Of a stretch of DNA of 64,000 nt, positions 10,586 through 19,602 are shown in pieces. Source of the DNA: an uncultured Bacillales bacterium. GTDB taxonomy: Bacteria; Bacillota_I; Bacilli_A; RF39; UBA660. Numbering within the stretch: the first letter of the stretch is position 1; each line of letters starts with the position of its first letter. Under the pieces are notes generated by a model, which did not search any database, was not told the origin of the DNA, and saw nothing but the letters and a program-made list of their open reading frames with translations. Location: NCBI GenBank assembly GCA_949948745.1, contig CATLHA010000005.1, positions 12,740 to 76,739 of the forward strand, written 5' to 3'. A program made the position numbers and the translations under genes.

Positions 10586-11302
10586 ATGAAGAAGAAGATA
10601 ATTATTTTGTTGATTGCAATTGCTTTTTGTAGTGGTTGTGGAAAGAGTTCTGAAAAATTAAATAGTGATAGTAATATTTATGATGATAAGAAACAAAATG
10701 TTGAAAGTGATACTTCAAAGTCTGGGGTTTATCATTACAGTGATAGTGAAATTACTCCAGATAGAGAACTTGAATCTGGGGAGGTAATTTTAAAAATAGG
10801 AAATAAAGAATTTAATATACTTAATCTTACTGTTGGTAAAGTATTAAATAATTTTAATTCTTCTATTGGATTATCTGGAAAAAATATTATAGATAAAGAA
10901 AATTATAGTGTAGATGATCTTTCTGTTTCTGAACAATATAAAGAAGATAATTCAGATGTAAAAGTTTATATAAATTTTCGTAATGAAGATGCATATAAGG
11001 ACAGTAATGCTAAGGAAAATTTTCTTCATAAAATCGTACATGAAATAGCAATTAGCATAGATGATACTGTATTAAGTAGTGATTTTTCTACAAATATTAG
11101 TGTACGTGGAGTATCTATGGGCATGACCAAAGATGAAGTTCACTCTATATTAGGAGAACCTTCTTCCTTTGGTATAGTAGGAGAAGTTTGGTATATGGAT
11201 TATCGTTATAAAGATACGAAAGAATGGCTTTCTGAACACTTTAAATTATCTGTTAAGTATAATGATAATAATCAAGTCATTAAGATGTATATAGCATTAT
11301 AA
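10586..11302 (+). CDS. hypothetical lipoprotein
   Basis: 238 aa; signal peptide with lipobox (AFCSGC) and a mature Cys; nothing else recognisable. Confidence 0.55.
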   Translation: MKKKIIILLIAIAFCSGCGKSSEKLNSDSNIYDDKKQNVESDTSKSGVYHYSDSEITPDRELESGEVILKIGNKEFNILNLTVGKVLNNFNSSIGLSGKNIIDKENYSVDDLSVSEQYKEDNSDVKVYINFRNEDAYKDSNAKENFLHKIVHEIAISIDDTVLSSDFSTNISVRGVSMGMTKDEVHSILGEPSSFGIVGEVWYMDYRYKDTKEWLSEHFKLSVKYNDNNQVIKMYIAL

Positions 11303-11417
11303 ATTATAATAGTTATTAGGATAGTATGTATTGATTTTAGACAACTAAAAATCTTTCATTCTATCTTTTTCTTTTGATAAAATATTTTTCTAAGGATGTA
11401 TGATATACTATTGTTAG

Positions 11418-11810
11418 GTGAAGTTTATGAATATATTAGAAATCAATGTGTTGGTACTTGCTTATTTAGGAGATACCATTTATGAAAATTATGTACGTCG
11501 TCATTTAATATCTTTAGGAATTAATCATGTAAATGATTTGCAAATAAAGGCTGTTGATTATGTTAGTGCGAAAAGTCAGGCTAAGTTTTTACAACTATTA
11601 ATTGATCGAGAGTTTTTCACGGAGGATGAACTATCTATTATCAGGAGGGCTAGGAATTATAAAAGTAATTCTCACCCTAGAAATTGTGACATTGTAACTT
11701 ATAAACATGCTACTGCGTTAGAAGCTGTAATTGGGTATTTAGATTTATCACAAAAAAAGAATCGAATTAATGAAATAATGGTACAAATATTGGAGGGTAA
11801 ATTATGTTAG
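11418..11810 (+). CDS. mrnC: mini-ribonuclease III (Mini-III, YazC)
   Basis: 130 aa; LAYLGDTIYENYVRRHL RNase III-like signature without a dsRBD; conserved position after cysS. Confidence 0.8.
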   Translation: MKFMNILEINVLVLAYLGDTIYENYVRRHLISLGINHVNDLQIKAVDYVSAKSQAKFLQLLIDREFFTEDELSIIRRARNYKSNSHPRNCDIVTYKHATALEAVIGYLDLSQKKNRINEIMVQILEGKLC

Positions 11811-12502
11811 TATATGGACGAAACGTTGCAGAAGAATATTTGAAAAAAAGTGAAAAAGTTAGAAAAATCTATTTGCAGGAAGGTTTTCGAGATAAAAATT
11901 TAATTTTCTCTATAGAAAAATCTAAAATTCCAGTGGTTTTTAAGAAGAATTTTGAATTAGACAAACTTGCAAATGGAATTCATCAAGGTATAATCTTGGA
12001 TGTAGAGGATTTTAGGTATACTGATTACAATCAATTTTTAGATCAAGAGGATGCTGTAATTGTGATTTTAGATCATCTAGAAGATCCACATAATTTAGGT
12101 GCAATCATTCGTACTTGTGAAGCTGCAGGTGTTACTTCAATTATTATCCCAAAGAATCGTGGAGTAGAAGTGAATGCTACAGTAATAAAAACAAGTGTTG
12201 GCGCGATTGAGAATATCCCAGTTAGTATGGTGACAAACTTAAATACTACTATTCAAAATTTAAAAAATCATGGTTTTTGGGTTGTAGGTACTGATATGGA
12301 AAATAGCGTTGATTATCGTGAGATTGATTATTCTGGAAAAATTGCTCTTATCATTGGTAATGAGGGAGAGGGTATGAGCAGATTGGTCCGTGAATCTTGT
12401 GATTTTATAGCTAGAATCCCTATGCGTGGCAAAGTAAATAGTTTAAATGCCAGTGTGGCAGCCGGGATTATGATTTATGAGATATTCAGGCAGAAAGGAT
12501 AA
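11804..12502 (+). CDS. rlmB: 23S rRNA 2'-O-methyltransferase, SpoU/TrmH family (RlmB/YacO-like)
   Basis: 232 aa; SpoU methylase motifs (HNLGAIIRT, IGNEGEGM, SLNASVAA); overlaps mrnC by 7 nt. Confidence 0.8.
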   Translation: MLVYGRNVAEEYLKKSEKVRKIYLQEGFRDKNLIFSIEKSKIPVVFKKNFELDKLANGIHQGIILDVEDFRYTDYNQFLDQEDAVIVILDHLEDPHNLGAIIRTCEAAGVTSIIIPKNRGVEVNATVIKTSVGAIENIPVSMVTNLNTTIQNLKNHGFWVVGTDMENSVDYREIDYSGKIALIIGNEGEGMSRLVRESCDFIARIPMRGKVNSLNASVAAGIMIYEIFRQKG

Positions 12503-12503
12503 C

Positions 12504-13115
12504 ATGAAACAATACCAGGAATATAATGATTATGAATTAATTTATATGGTAAATGAAAAAAATGAGGATGCTTTTTCAATTCTTTATGAAAAATATCAAC
12601 CTCTTTTAAAAAAATATGCGTCAAGCTATTATCAAGCATATAAAAAATATGGAGTAGAATATGATGATTTATGTCAGGAGGCTTATTTAGCCTTTGATAG
12701 GGCTGTTAGATATTACCAAGAAGAGAGTGAAACCTTATTTTATACATTTTTATGTATCACTGTGAGAAGTAAAATTTTAAATTATGTAAAGGGATTACAA
12801 ACAAAAAAAAGATCTGTTTATGTAGATTCTTTATCTTTAGATTTTACTTTTGGGGAGAAGAATCATTGCCTTTTAGAATCTATAGAAAATCTTCAAGCAA
12901 AAAACCCAGAAATAGAGTATTTGATGGAGGATATATATCAACAAATTCATAAGTTCTGTATTAATTTAGATAATGAAAATAGTCAAATGTTTGAATTATA
13001 TTGGAATGGATTTACTAATTTTGAGATTTCTTCTTTATTAGATATTGAATTTTCTAAGGTTATTTTGACATTGAGGAGATTGAGACATTCTCTGAGAGAA
13101 TATTTAAGTGATTGA
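12504..13115 (+). CDS. sigH: sigma-70 family sigma factor, SigH-like
   Basis: Region 2 resembles SigH (DDLCQEAYLAFDRAVRYY...FYTFLCITVRSKILNYVK); synteny after rlmB as in Bacillus; start chosen at ATG 12504 with an aaagga RBS (the ORF track starts at 12477). Confidence 0.65.
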   Translation: MKQYQEYNDYELIYMVNEKNEDAFSILYEKYQPLLKKYASSYYQAYKKYGVEYDDLCQEAYLAFDRAVRYYQEESETLFYTFLCITVRSKILNYVKGLQTKKRSVYVDSLSLDFTFGEKNHCLLESIENLQAKNPEIEYLMEDIYQQIHKFCINLDNENSQMFELYWNGFTNFEISSLLDIEFSKVILTLRRLRHSLREYLSD

Positions 13116-13155
13116 AAAAAATTGTAACTAGTGTATAATGATAATAGGTGATACT

Positions 13156-13794
13156 ATGGATAAGATAAATATAGTAGATTTTGGTCTTCCTAGAATGTCC
13201 AGTGATTATAAGCGTAGTTTCTTTTATCAATTAGATCGACAATTAAAAATGATCCATCAAAATGGTGGTATTGTGCAGAATTTTTCTCCATTTTCTATTT
13301 TTGTAGATGAGGAAACAAGAACGCCTTCTTTTCAATCTGTTTATCCAGCTTCTAAATATTTTTTTGATGAAGGGGATCAGAGGCAGGCTAGAATTAATGA
13401 TATTAGAATGCTTTCTACTTTGACATTTTGTATGTATTTGGCAGGGGAAGAAGCAGAATATAGTTTGGAAAATGGTCTTCTTCAGTTTGATGTATTAAAA
13501 AATAATATGGATTTTACTTGTACCTATTTTCCAGAAGAAGACTTAGATTATTATAAACAAATTTTTGATGATGAAATGAAAGAACCTATTTATTATTCAG
13601 ATTATATTGACCAAAAGATGAATTCTATGAATACTCGTGGAAATTCAATTTCTTTATCTAAAAGTACAGAAGCAGGTAGAGCGCTATCTCCTAAAAATGG
13701 GGAAGCTGCTTATGTAAATTATGTGCTTACATTTTCTATTGTAGGAACTTTGGTTATGCTGGGTGCATTTCTATTATTTTATATCTTATCTTAA
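13156..13794 (+). CDS. hypothetical tail-anchored membrane protein (cytoplasmic domain + single C-terminal transmembrane helix)
   Basis: About 213 aa; single hydrophobic helix at the extreme C-terminus (VNYVLTFSIVGTLVMLGAFLLFYIL); occupies the position where rpmG sits in Bacillus. Confidence 0.45.
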   Translation: MDKINIVDFGLPRMSSDYKRSFFYQLDRQLKMIHQNGGIVQNFSPFSIFVDEETRTPSFQSVYPASKYFFDEGDQRQARINDIRMLSTLTFCMYLAGEEAEYSLENGLLQFDVLKNNMDFTCTYFPEEDLDYYKQIFDDEMKEPIYYSDYIDQKMNSMNTRGNSISLSKSTEAGRALSPKNGEAAYVNYVLTFSIVGTLVMLGAFLLFYILS

Positions 13795-13895
13795 TTAAAT
13801 ATTTAATAAATATTTGTTGACTATACTACCTTTTTGTGTTATCTTATTGGTGAACACGAAAAGGTGTTTTTATTTTGATATAAAGGTGGGTAATT

Positions 13896-14258
13896 ATGGC
13901 AAAGGTTGTAAAGAGTAATCGTGAGATTCTTGATGTTGATCAAGAATTAGATAAGCTTAACTCAAAAAAAGACTCAAAAGTGATTGAAAAGAACGAAAAG
14001 GAGTCAAAAAAGAAAGAAAAGGATAAGCCAAAAACAAAAGATACTAAGAAAAAAGCAAAAGAAAAGAAAGTAAAAAAGCCTAAAAAGGGAATTTTTAAAT
14101 ATTTTCATGAGGTAAAATCAGAAGTTTCAAAAGTAAAATGGCCTAGTAGAAAGGATATGATTAAATATTCTACTGCTACGCTAGTATTTATTTTATTCTT
14201 CTCAGCTTTCTTCTATATTATTGATTTAGTTTTTGCTTTAATAAAGGCAGGTGTGTAG
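13896..14258 (+). CDS. secE: preprotein translocase subunit SecE with Lys-rich N-terminal extension
   Basis: 120 aa; C-terminal KWPSRKDMIKYSTATLVFILFFSAFFYIIDLVF is SecE-like; located immediately upstream of nusG. Confidence 0.8.
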   Translation: MAKVVKSNREILDVDQELDKLNSKKDSKVIEKNEKESKKKEKDKPKTKDTKKKAKEKKVKKPKKGIFKYFHEVKSEVSKVKWPSRKDMIKYSTATLVFILFFSAFFYIIDLVFALIKAGV

Positions 14259-14261
14259 TAT

Positions 14262-14798
14262 ATGGATAAACAATGGTATGTAGTTAATACTTATTCAGGA
14301 CACGAAAATAAGGTAAAAGAAAAGTTAGAAATGCGTGCTCAAAGCATGGATATGAAAGATTTTATTTTCCGTGTTATCGTTCCTGAGCAAAAAGAAATCG
14401 AAGTAAAAGATGGTGTAGAAAAAGAAAAAATTCGTAAGATGTTTCCTGGATATATTCTTGTTGAAATGGTTATGAGTGATGAAGCATGGTATGTTATCCG
14501 TAATACACCAGGTGTTACTGGATTTATTGGATCTAGTGGTAAAGGAGCAAAACCAACACCATTACAACCTTTTGAAGTAGATAAAATTCTAAACAATATG
14601 GGAATGAGTCGTATCGATGTTAATAAAGAACTAGAGAAAGGTACTCGTGTTCGTATTATATCTGGGCCATTTGCAGATATGTTTGGTGTAATCGATGAAG
14701 TAGATGCTGCAAATCAAAAAGCACTATTACTTGTTGATTTGTTTGGACAAGAAACTTCAGTTGAAGTAGAAATTGCTGAAATTGAAGTAACAAATTAG
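14262..14798 (+). CDS. nusG: transcription termination/antitermination factor NusG
   Basis: 178 aa; NGN domain (WYVVNTYSGHENKV) and C-terminal KOW domain. Confidence 0.95.
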   Translation: MDKQWYVVNTYSGHENKVKEKLEMRAQSMDMKDFIFRVIVPEQKEIEVKDGVEKEKIRKMFPGYILVEMVMSDEAWYVIRNTPGVTGFIGSSGKGAKPTPLQPFEVDKILNNMGMSRIDVNKELEKGTRVRIISGPFADMFGVIDEVDAANQKALLLVDLFGQETSVEVEIAEIEVTN

Positions 14799-15020
14799 GA
14801 ATAGATTTTGATTCTATTTTCTAGAAAAAGAATATTTCATGGAGAAAATAAATAAAAATCTTGATTTTTTCTATGAATAATGTTATTATTTAGGGGCTAT
14901 ATTTAATTATATAGATTTAGTGGGAAGCAATGAAGTGAAAAGATTAAAAGTAATCGAGCGGATAAAAGCTACTTGGACCACACACGTGAAAACGAAACAA
15001 AATTATAGGAGGTGTTTTTC

Positions 15021-15446
15021 GTGGCAAAAGAAGTTGTAAGAAAAATTAAATTACAAGTTCCTGCTGGTAAAGCTACACCTGCTCCACCCGTTGGAACAGT
15101 TTTAGGACCTGCTGGAATCAATCTACAAGAATTTTGTACAAAATATAACGATGCAACAAGAGACAGAATGGGAGATATTTTACCAGTTGAAATTTCAATC
15201 TATGATGATAGAAGTTTTGATTTTGTAATTAAGACTCCACCTGCTGGTTTCTTAATTAAGAAAGCTGCTGGAATTAATAAAGGTGCTAGTAAAGCTGGTA
15301 GTGAAACTGCTGGAACTATTACAAGAGCACAATTACGCGAAATCGCAGAAACAAAGTTGCCTGATTTAAATGCTTACACAGTAGAAGATGCAATGAAGAT
15401 TGTTGAAGGTACTGCTCGTAACATGGGAATCACAATTGTTGACTAA
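15021..15446 (+). CDS. rplK: 50S ribosomal protein L11
   Basis: [33 protein letters not shown]; GTG start 15021 lies 9 nt after ggagg (the ORF track starts at GTG 15012, inside the RBS). Confidence 0.95.
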   Translation: MAKEVVRKIKLQVPAGKATPAPPVGTVLGPAGINLQEFCTKYNDATRDRMGDILPVEISIYDDRSFDFVIKTPPAGFLIKKAAGINKGASKAGSETAGTITRAQLREIAETKLPDLNAYTVEDAMKIVEGTARNMGITIVD

Positions 15447-15584
15447 TAAATAGCAAAATAAAAATACTTATTCATATAGGTTATAAACCTATGTGGGAGA
15501 GATCCGCTTATCGACTTTGATATCCTAGATATCATATCTCGCTAGGGTACTATTGTACCAAATACCACATAAGGAGGAAAAAAC

Positions 15585-16283
15585 ATGAAAAAACATGGAA
15601 AAAAATATGTTGAAGCTACTAAGAAAATTGAAAAAGCTAAACTTTATACTAAAGAAGAAGCAATCAAATTAGTAAAAGAAACTTCTGTTAGTAAATTTGA
15701 TGGAAGTGTTGAAGTTGCTGTTCGTCTTAATTTAGATACTAAAAAAGCTGATCAACAATTAAGAGGTGCTATCGTTTTACCTCACGGAACAGGAAAAACA
15801 AAACGTGTATTAGTAATCGCTAAAGGAGAAAATGCTAAGAAAGCTACTGAAGCTGGAGCTGACTATGTTGGTGACGTTGATATGCTTCAAAAAATCGAAA
15901 AAGAAAATTGGTTCGATTTTGATGTAATGATTGCTACTCCTGATATGATGCCTTTACTAGGTAAATTAGGTAGAGTTTTAGGACCAAAAGGTTTAATGCC
16001 AAACCCTAAAACTGGAACTGTAACTACTGACGTTTCAAAAGCAGTAGCAGAAGTTAAAGCTGGACGTGTTGCATACAGAACTGATAGTTTTGGAAACGTT
16101 CACGGGATTATTGGAAAGGTGTCATTTACTGAAGAACAATTAGTAGAAAACTTAAATGCATTTATTTCTGCTATTCTTAAAGTAAAACCTGCAACTGTAA
16201 AAGGAGAATATGTTAAGAATGTCTCTGTTACAAGTACTATGGGTCCTGGAGTTAGAATTTTAACTAATTCTTTTGACAAATAG
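15585..16283 (+). CDS. rplA: 50S ribosomal protein L1
   Basis: 232 aa; L1 signature ([14 protein letters not shown]...[14 protein letters not shown]). Confidence 0.95.
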   Translation: MKKHGKKYVEATKKIEKAKLYTKEEAIKLVKETSVSKFDGSVEVAVRLNLDTKKADQQLRGAIVLPHGTGKTKRVLVIAKGENAKKATEAGADYVGDVDMLQKIEKENWFDFDVMIATPDMMPLLGKLGRVLGPKGLMPNPKTGTVTTDVSKAVAEVKAGRVAYRTDSFGNVHGIIGKVSFTEEQLVENLNAFISAILKVKPATVKGEYVKNVSVTSTMGPGVRILTNSFDK

Positions 16284-16289
16284 TAAAAT

Positions 16290-16440
16290 ATAGTTTATAA
16301 TACTAGTAATTTATTGGTGCCAAAGACAGTAGGTATAAAAGTAAATCCTACCGAGGACTTAAAAAGTAAGTTAAAAGTTCTTGGCATTGTCAGGAACTTT
16401 TTATTTGGCATCCCTAAATAAATAATCATTTAGAGGAGGT
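16290..16440 (+). promoter_or_regulatory. probable L10 (rplJ) leader / autoregulatory attenuator
   Basis: 163-nt structured gap upstream of rplJ; it ends in the terminator-like hairpin aagttc...gaactttttattt, as Firmicutes L10 leaders do; the family assignment is by position and recall, not a model hit. Confidence 0.45.
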
Positions 16441-16446
16441 GTTTTA

Positions 16447-16941
16447 GTGGCAAACGTAAAAATCTTAGAGCAAAAGCAAGTTGTTATTGATGAGATTAAA
16501 GAAACAGTTTCTAATGCTTCTACTATTGTTTTATTCGATTATCGTGGATTAACAGATAGTGAATCAAAAGAATTGAGAAGAGCATTAAGAGAAACTGGAA
16601 GTGACTATAAAGTATACAAAAATACTTTAATGGCAAGAGCATTTGATGATCTTAAAATCGACTTAAATGAAAGCTTAGAAGGACCTAGCGCATTAGCTTA
16701 TGGTGAAGATGCAATTGCACCAATTAAGGTTCTTGCAGATTTTGCAAAGACACATCCAGCAATGATGCTAAAAGTAGGGATCGTAGATGGGGAAAAATCA
16801 GATCAAGAAGCACTTCAAGAACTTGCAAAGATTCCATCAAGAGAAGGTCTACTTACAATGCTTGCTGGTGGTATGATTCAAATCGCAAAAGATTTATCAA
16901 TCTGCTTAGATTTATATGCACAACAAAAAGAAGGAGAGTAA
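16447..16941 (+). CDS. rplJ: 50S ribosomal protein L10
   Basis: 164 aa; L10 family; GTG start after gaggagg. Confidence 0.95.
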   Translation: MANVKILEQKQVVIDEIKETVSNASTIVLFDYRGLTDSESKELRRALRETGSDYKVYKNTLMARAFDDLKIDLNESLEGPSALAYGEDAIAPIKVLADFAKTHPAMMLKVGIVDGEKSDQEALQELAKIPSREGLLTMLAGGMIQIAKDLSICLDLYAQQKEGE

Positions 16942-16977
16942 TCTCTAATTAATAAATAAAAATAGGAGGAAAATATA

Positions 16978-17349
16978 ATGGCAAAGTTAACAAGAGAAAG
17001 CTTTATTGAAAGCTTAAAAGAAATGAGTCTTTTAGAAATTAAAGAATTAGTAGATGCAATGAAAGAAGAGTTTGGTGTTGATCCAAGTGCAGTTGCAGTA
17101 GCAGCAGCACCAGTAGCTGGAGATGCTGCTGATGATAGCAATTCAACAGTTACTGTAGTATTAGCAGCAGCTGGAGATGCTAAAGTTAACGTAATCAAAG
17201 TAGTTCGTGAAATTACTGGATTAGGATTAAAAGAATCTAAAGATATCGTTGATAACAACGGAACTATTAAAGAAAACATTTCTAAAGACGAAGCAAATGA
17301 CATTAAAGCTAAGCTTGAAGAAGCTGGAGCTACAGTTGAATTTAAGTAA
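16978..17349 (+). CDS. rplL: 50S ribosomal protein L7/L12
   Basis: 123 aa; Ala-rich hinge and C-terminal KEAKDLVE...KAKLEEAGA domain. Confidence 0.95.
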   Translation: MAKLTRESFIESLKEMSLLEIKELVDAMKEEFGVDPSAVAVAAAPVAGDAADDSNSTVTVVLAAAGDAKVNVIKVVREITGLGLKESKDIVDNNGTIKENISKDEANDIKAKLEEAGATVEFK

Positions 17350-17374
17350 TTCAATATATTGTCTATGCATGTAA

Positions 17375-17402
17375 AAGAGTTAGTTTAGCTAACTCTTTTT
17401 TT
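17375..17402 (+). terminator. rho-independent terminator after rplL
   Basis: aagagttag / ctaactctt 9-bp stem (17375-17383 / 17389-17397), then T7. Confidence 0.65.
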
Positions 17403-17452
17403 CTTTCTTTAAAAATCTTATGATATACTTTTTATAGAGTAGGTGTAAAACA

Positions 17453-18220
17453 ATGAGTAAAAGAAAGATGGATTTGATAAATCGATATTATACGCAGGTA
17501 GATTCGATAGATGGGAAAATTTATATTTTAGACTTAAATAATAAAGTGTATAAAAAAATGAGAGATAGATCCTCCTCTTCTAATAAATTCATTTTATATA
17601 TAAGTATATTTTTACTTTTTGTTTTTGTATTTTTATATGCAGTATTTGGTAATTATCTTTTACCAATAAGATATCGAGGAATGCCATTGTTCTTTAATAA
17701 CCTAGTTTTTTTGATTATGACTTTTCTTCTATATATACTAATTGATTATATAATGGCAAGTAAGTGTTATCATTATTATTTAGATTTGCTGCATCGATAT
17801 ATTATGATTGAACAGGGAGAGTCAACTATTATTTTTGTAAATAAGCAGCACAATAAAAAACTTGATATGACATTTCTAGAAAACATGGGAGTTGTGGTTG
17901 ATAATAACTTTTTAAAATTTTTGGCAGCTCGTAAGGTAGATCAGTATCATTTTGATGATCGAGATGCTCTTTTAACGATACAACTTTTGGAGCAAGTAAA
18001 TATTCATAGGTATATAGAGGATCATAAATCAGACTTTTCTTTTGAAGTATATACAGATTGTAAGTTACTTCAAAGTAAGAGAGACTATGATATATATTCT
18101 GGAAAAATAAACGTTTCAACAGGAAAAGAGATAATAGAAAAAAGAACCACTTTTAGAGTTTATAAAATATATAGTAAAAATGATAAATTTAAGAATGGAG
18201 TGGTTTTAAATGATAATTAA
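17453..18220 (+). CDS. hypothetical membrane protein (2 transmembrane segments + ~150-aa C-terminal domain)
   Basis: 255 aa; no recognisable motif; own TGaTATACT promoter at 17421-17429. Confidence 0.5.
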   Translation: MSKRKMDLINRYYTQVDSIDGKIYILDLNNKVYKKMRDRSSSSNKFILYISIFLLFVFVFLYAVFGNYLLPIRYRGMPLFFNNLVFLIMTFLLYILIDYIMASKCYHYYLDLLHRYIMIEQGESTIIFVNKQHNKKLDMTFLENMGVVVDNNFLKFLAARKVDQYHFDDRDALLTIQLLEQVNIHRYIEDHKSDFSFEVYTDCKLLQSKRDYDIYSGKINVSTGKEIIEKRTTFRVYKIYSKNDKFKNGVVLNDN

Positions 18221-18734
18221 AAAAATTTTAAAATCTATCATTGTTGGTTTTACTTTAGTCGGGATTACTTGTTTTTTTGATTTGAAGAGTATTGATCAAT
18301 ATGAAAAAGATATATCAAGTATGGTAAGTAAGTATGATGATATTTTTTTTACAGAAAAGTATGATAGAAAATATAATCGCCTTTGTTCCAATAATATTTA
18401 TACTGATTTTTATTATGAAAATAGGAAACTTCGTAGTTCAATTTGTGTGAGTGATAATAAAATGGATTTAAAAACATACCATAATTTTTCTAGAAATGAT
18501 TTGAATATTTATAGTGATTTAGAATTGCTTTTTAAATATGATCATAATAATGATTTTTTTGCTGTAGAAAATTTTGTTTATCGTTTGGTGGAGACCTGTC
18601 TTATTGAGGAAGATTCTTGTGAACAGACTTTTAATATTGGAACTAATACTATGAAAATTCGAGTTTCTGATGTTTCTACTAATAAGGAAAAGCAAATGAT
18701 AACAATTGATTATTATTATAAAAAAGCATTTTAA
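18210..18734 (+). CDS. hypothetical exported or N-terminally anchored protein
   Basis: 174 aa; N-terminal hydrophobic segment; overlaps the upstream ORF by 11 nt (translationally coupled pair). Confidence 0.5.
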   Translation: MIIKKILKSIIVGFTLVGITCFFDLKSIDQYEKDISSMVSKYDDIFFTEKYDRKYNRLCSNNIYTDFYYENRKLRSSICVSDNKMDLKTYHNFSRNDLNIYSDLELLFKYDHNNDFFAVENFVYRLVETCLIEEDSCEQTFNIGTNTMKIRVSDVSTNKEKQMITIDYYYKKAF

Positions 18735-18798
18735 AATAAATACAAGTGTAAAAAAATGTACATTCTATTGACAGAAGTACTTATAATCCACTTTTTTC

Positions 18799-18828
18799 TT
18801 GACCTTTTTGACTAAAGTATAGTATTAT
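18799..18828 (+). promoter_or_regulatory. putative promoter for the methyltransferase-rpoB-rpoC unit
   Basis: TTGACC (18799-18804), 18-nt spacer, TATTAT (18823-18828). Confidence 0.4.
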
Positions 18829-18842
18829 ATTGATACGAAAGG

Positions 18843-18882
18843 AGAACTAACTATTATTTATTTTATAGTTGGTTCTTTTTTA
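18843..18882 (+). terminator. leader hairpin / putative attenuator upstream of the ybxB-like gene and rpoB
   Basis: 10-bp stem agaactaact / agttggttct (one G-U pair), 14-nt loop, then tttttt; it sits between the promoter and the start codon. Confidence 0.4.
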
Positions 18883-18924
18883 CTTGAAAGTAAGTAAAGT
18901 AAATATAATTTTTGGGGGGATAAT

Positions 18925-19509
18925 TTGGCACAGTATTTTGATAATGTCTCTTTACCAAGCGAGATAAAAAAAGTATCAATTCGAATTCTTAATACAACAC
19001 TAGAAATTTCAACAGATAACGGAGTGTTTTCTAAGAATAAATTAGATTTTGGAACAAGACTATTATTAGAAAATCTTCCGTTAGAAGAAATAAAAGGAAA
19101 AATTTTAGATGTGGGCTGTGGTTATGGCCCAATTGGGCTGTATCTAAAAAAAGCAACTGATTGTGAAGTGGATATGTGTGATGTAAATCGACGTGCACTT
19201 CACTTGGCGAAAATGAACGCAAAGGCAAATAAATTAGATGTGACAATATTTGAAAGCAACTGTTATGAAAATATTTCATCTATTTATGATGTTATTATTA
19301 CTAATCCACCGATTCGGGCTGGGAAAAAAGTAGTATATGAAATTTTGATGAATGCAAAAGAGCATTTAACAGAAGATGGAATGTTGTTTTTTGTCATTCA
19401 TAAAGATCAAGGTGCAAAATCGACGATATCCGATTTAGAAAAAATATATAATGTTACTATCTTAGAAAAAAATAAAGGTTTTTTTGTAATAAAATGTATA
19501 AATCGTTGA
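18925..19509 (+). CDS. class I SAM-dependent methyltransferase (YbxB/RsmC-like, likely 16S rRNA m2G methyltransferase)
   Basis: 194 aa; VGCGYGPIGL SAM-binding motif I and ITNPPIRAG (NPPY-type) motif; conserved position before rpoB; TTG start. Confidence 0.75.
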   Translation: MAQYFDNVSLPSEIKKVSIRILNTTLEISTDNGVFSKNKLDFGTRLLLENLPLEEIKGKILDVGCGYGPIGLYLKKATDCEVDMCDVNRRALHLAKMNAKANKLDVTIFESNCYENISSIYDVIITNPPIRAGKKVVYEILMNAKEHLTEDGMLFFVIHKDQGAKSTISDLEKIYNVTILEKNKGFFVIKCINR

Positions 19510-19602
19510 CTTGTTGATAGATTTGTGCTAATAATATAAATTGGCAACGTATTATTTTTTATAAATATGTTCTTTGATTATATGTGTATAGGGGTGAATT
19601 TT

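Noticed and set aside
16878-17354. 158-aa minus-strand ORF rich in Ala/Ser/Thr
   Set aside because: Exactly antisense to rplL, whose Ala/Glu-rich codons give a long open frame on the opposite strand.
19567-19602. N-terminal 12-codon extension of rpoB from ATG 19567
   Set aside because: The extension ([12 protein letters not shown]) has no RBS. GTG 19603 has proper spacing from agggg and produces the conserved RpoB N-terminus.
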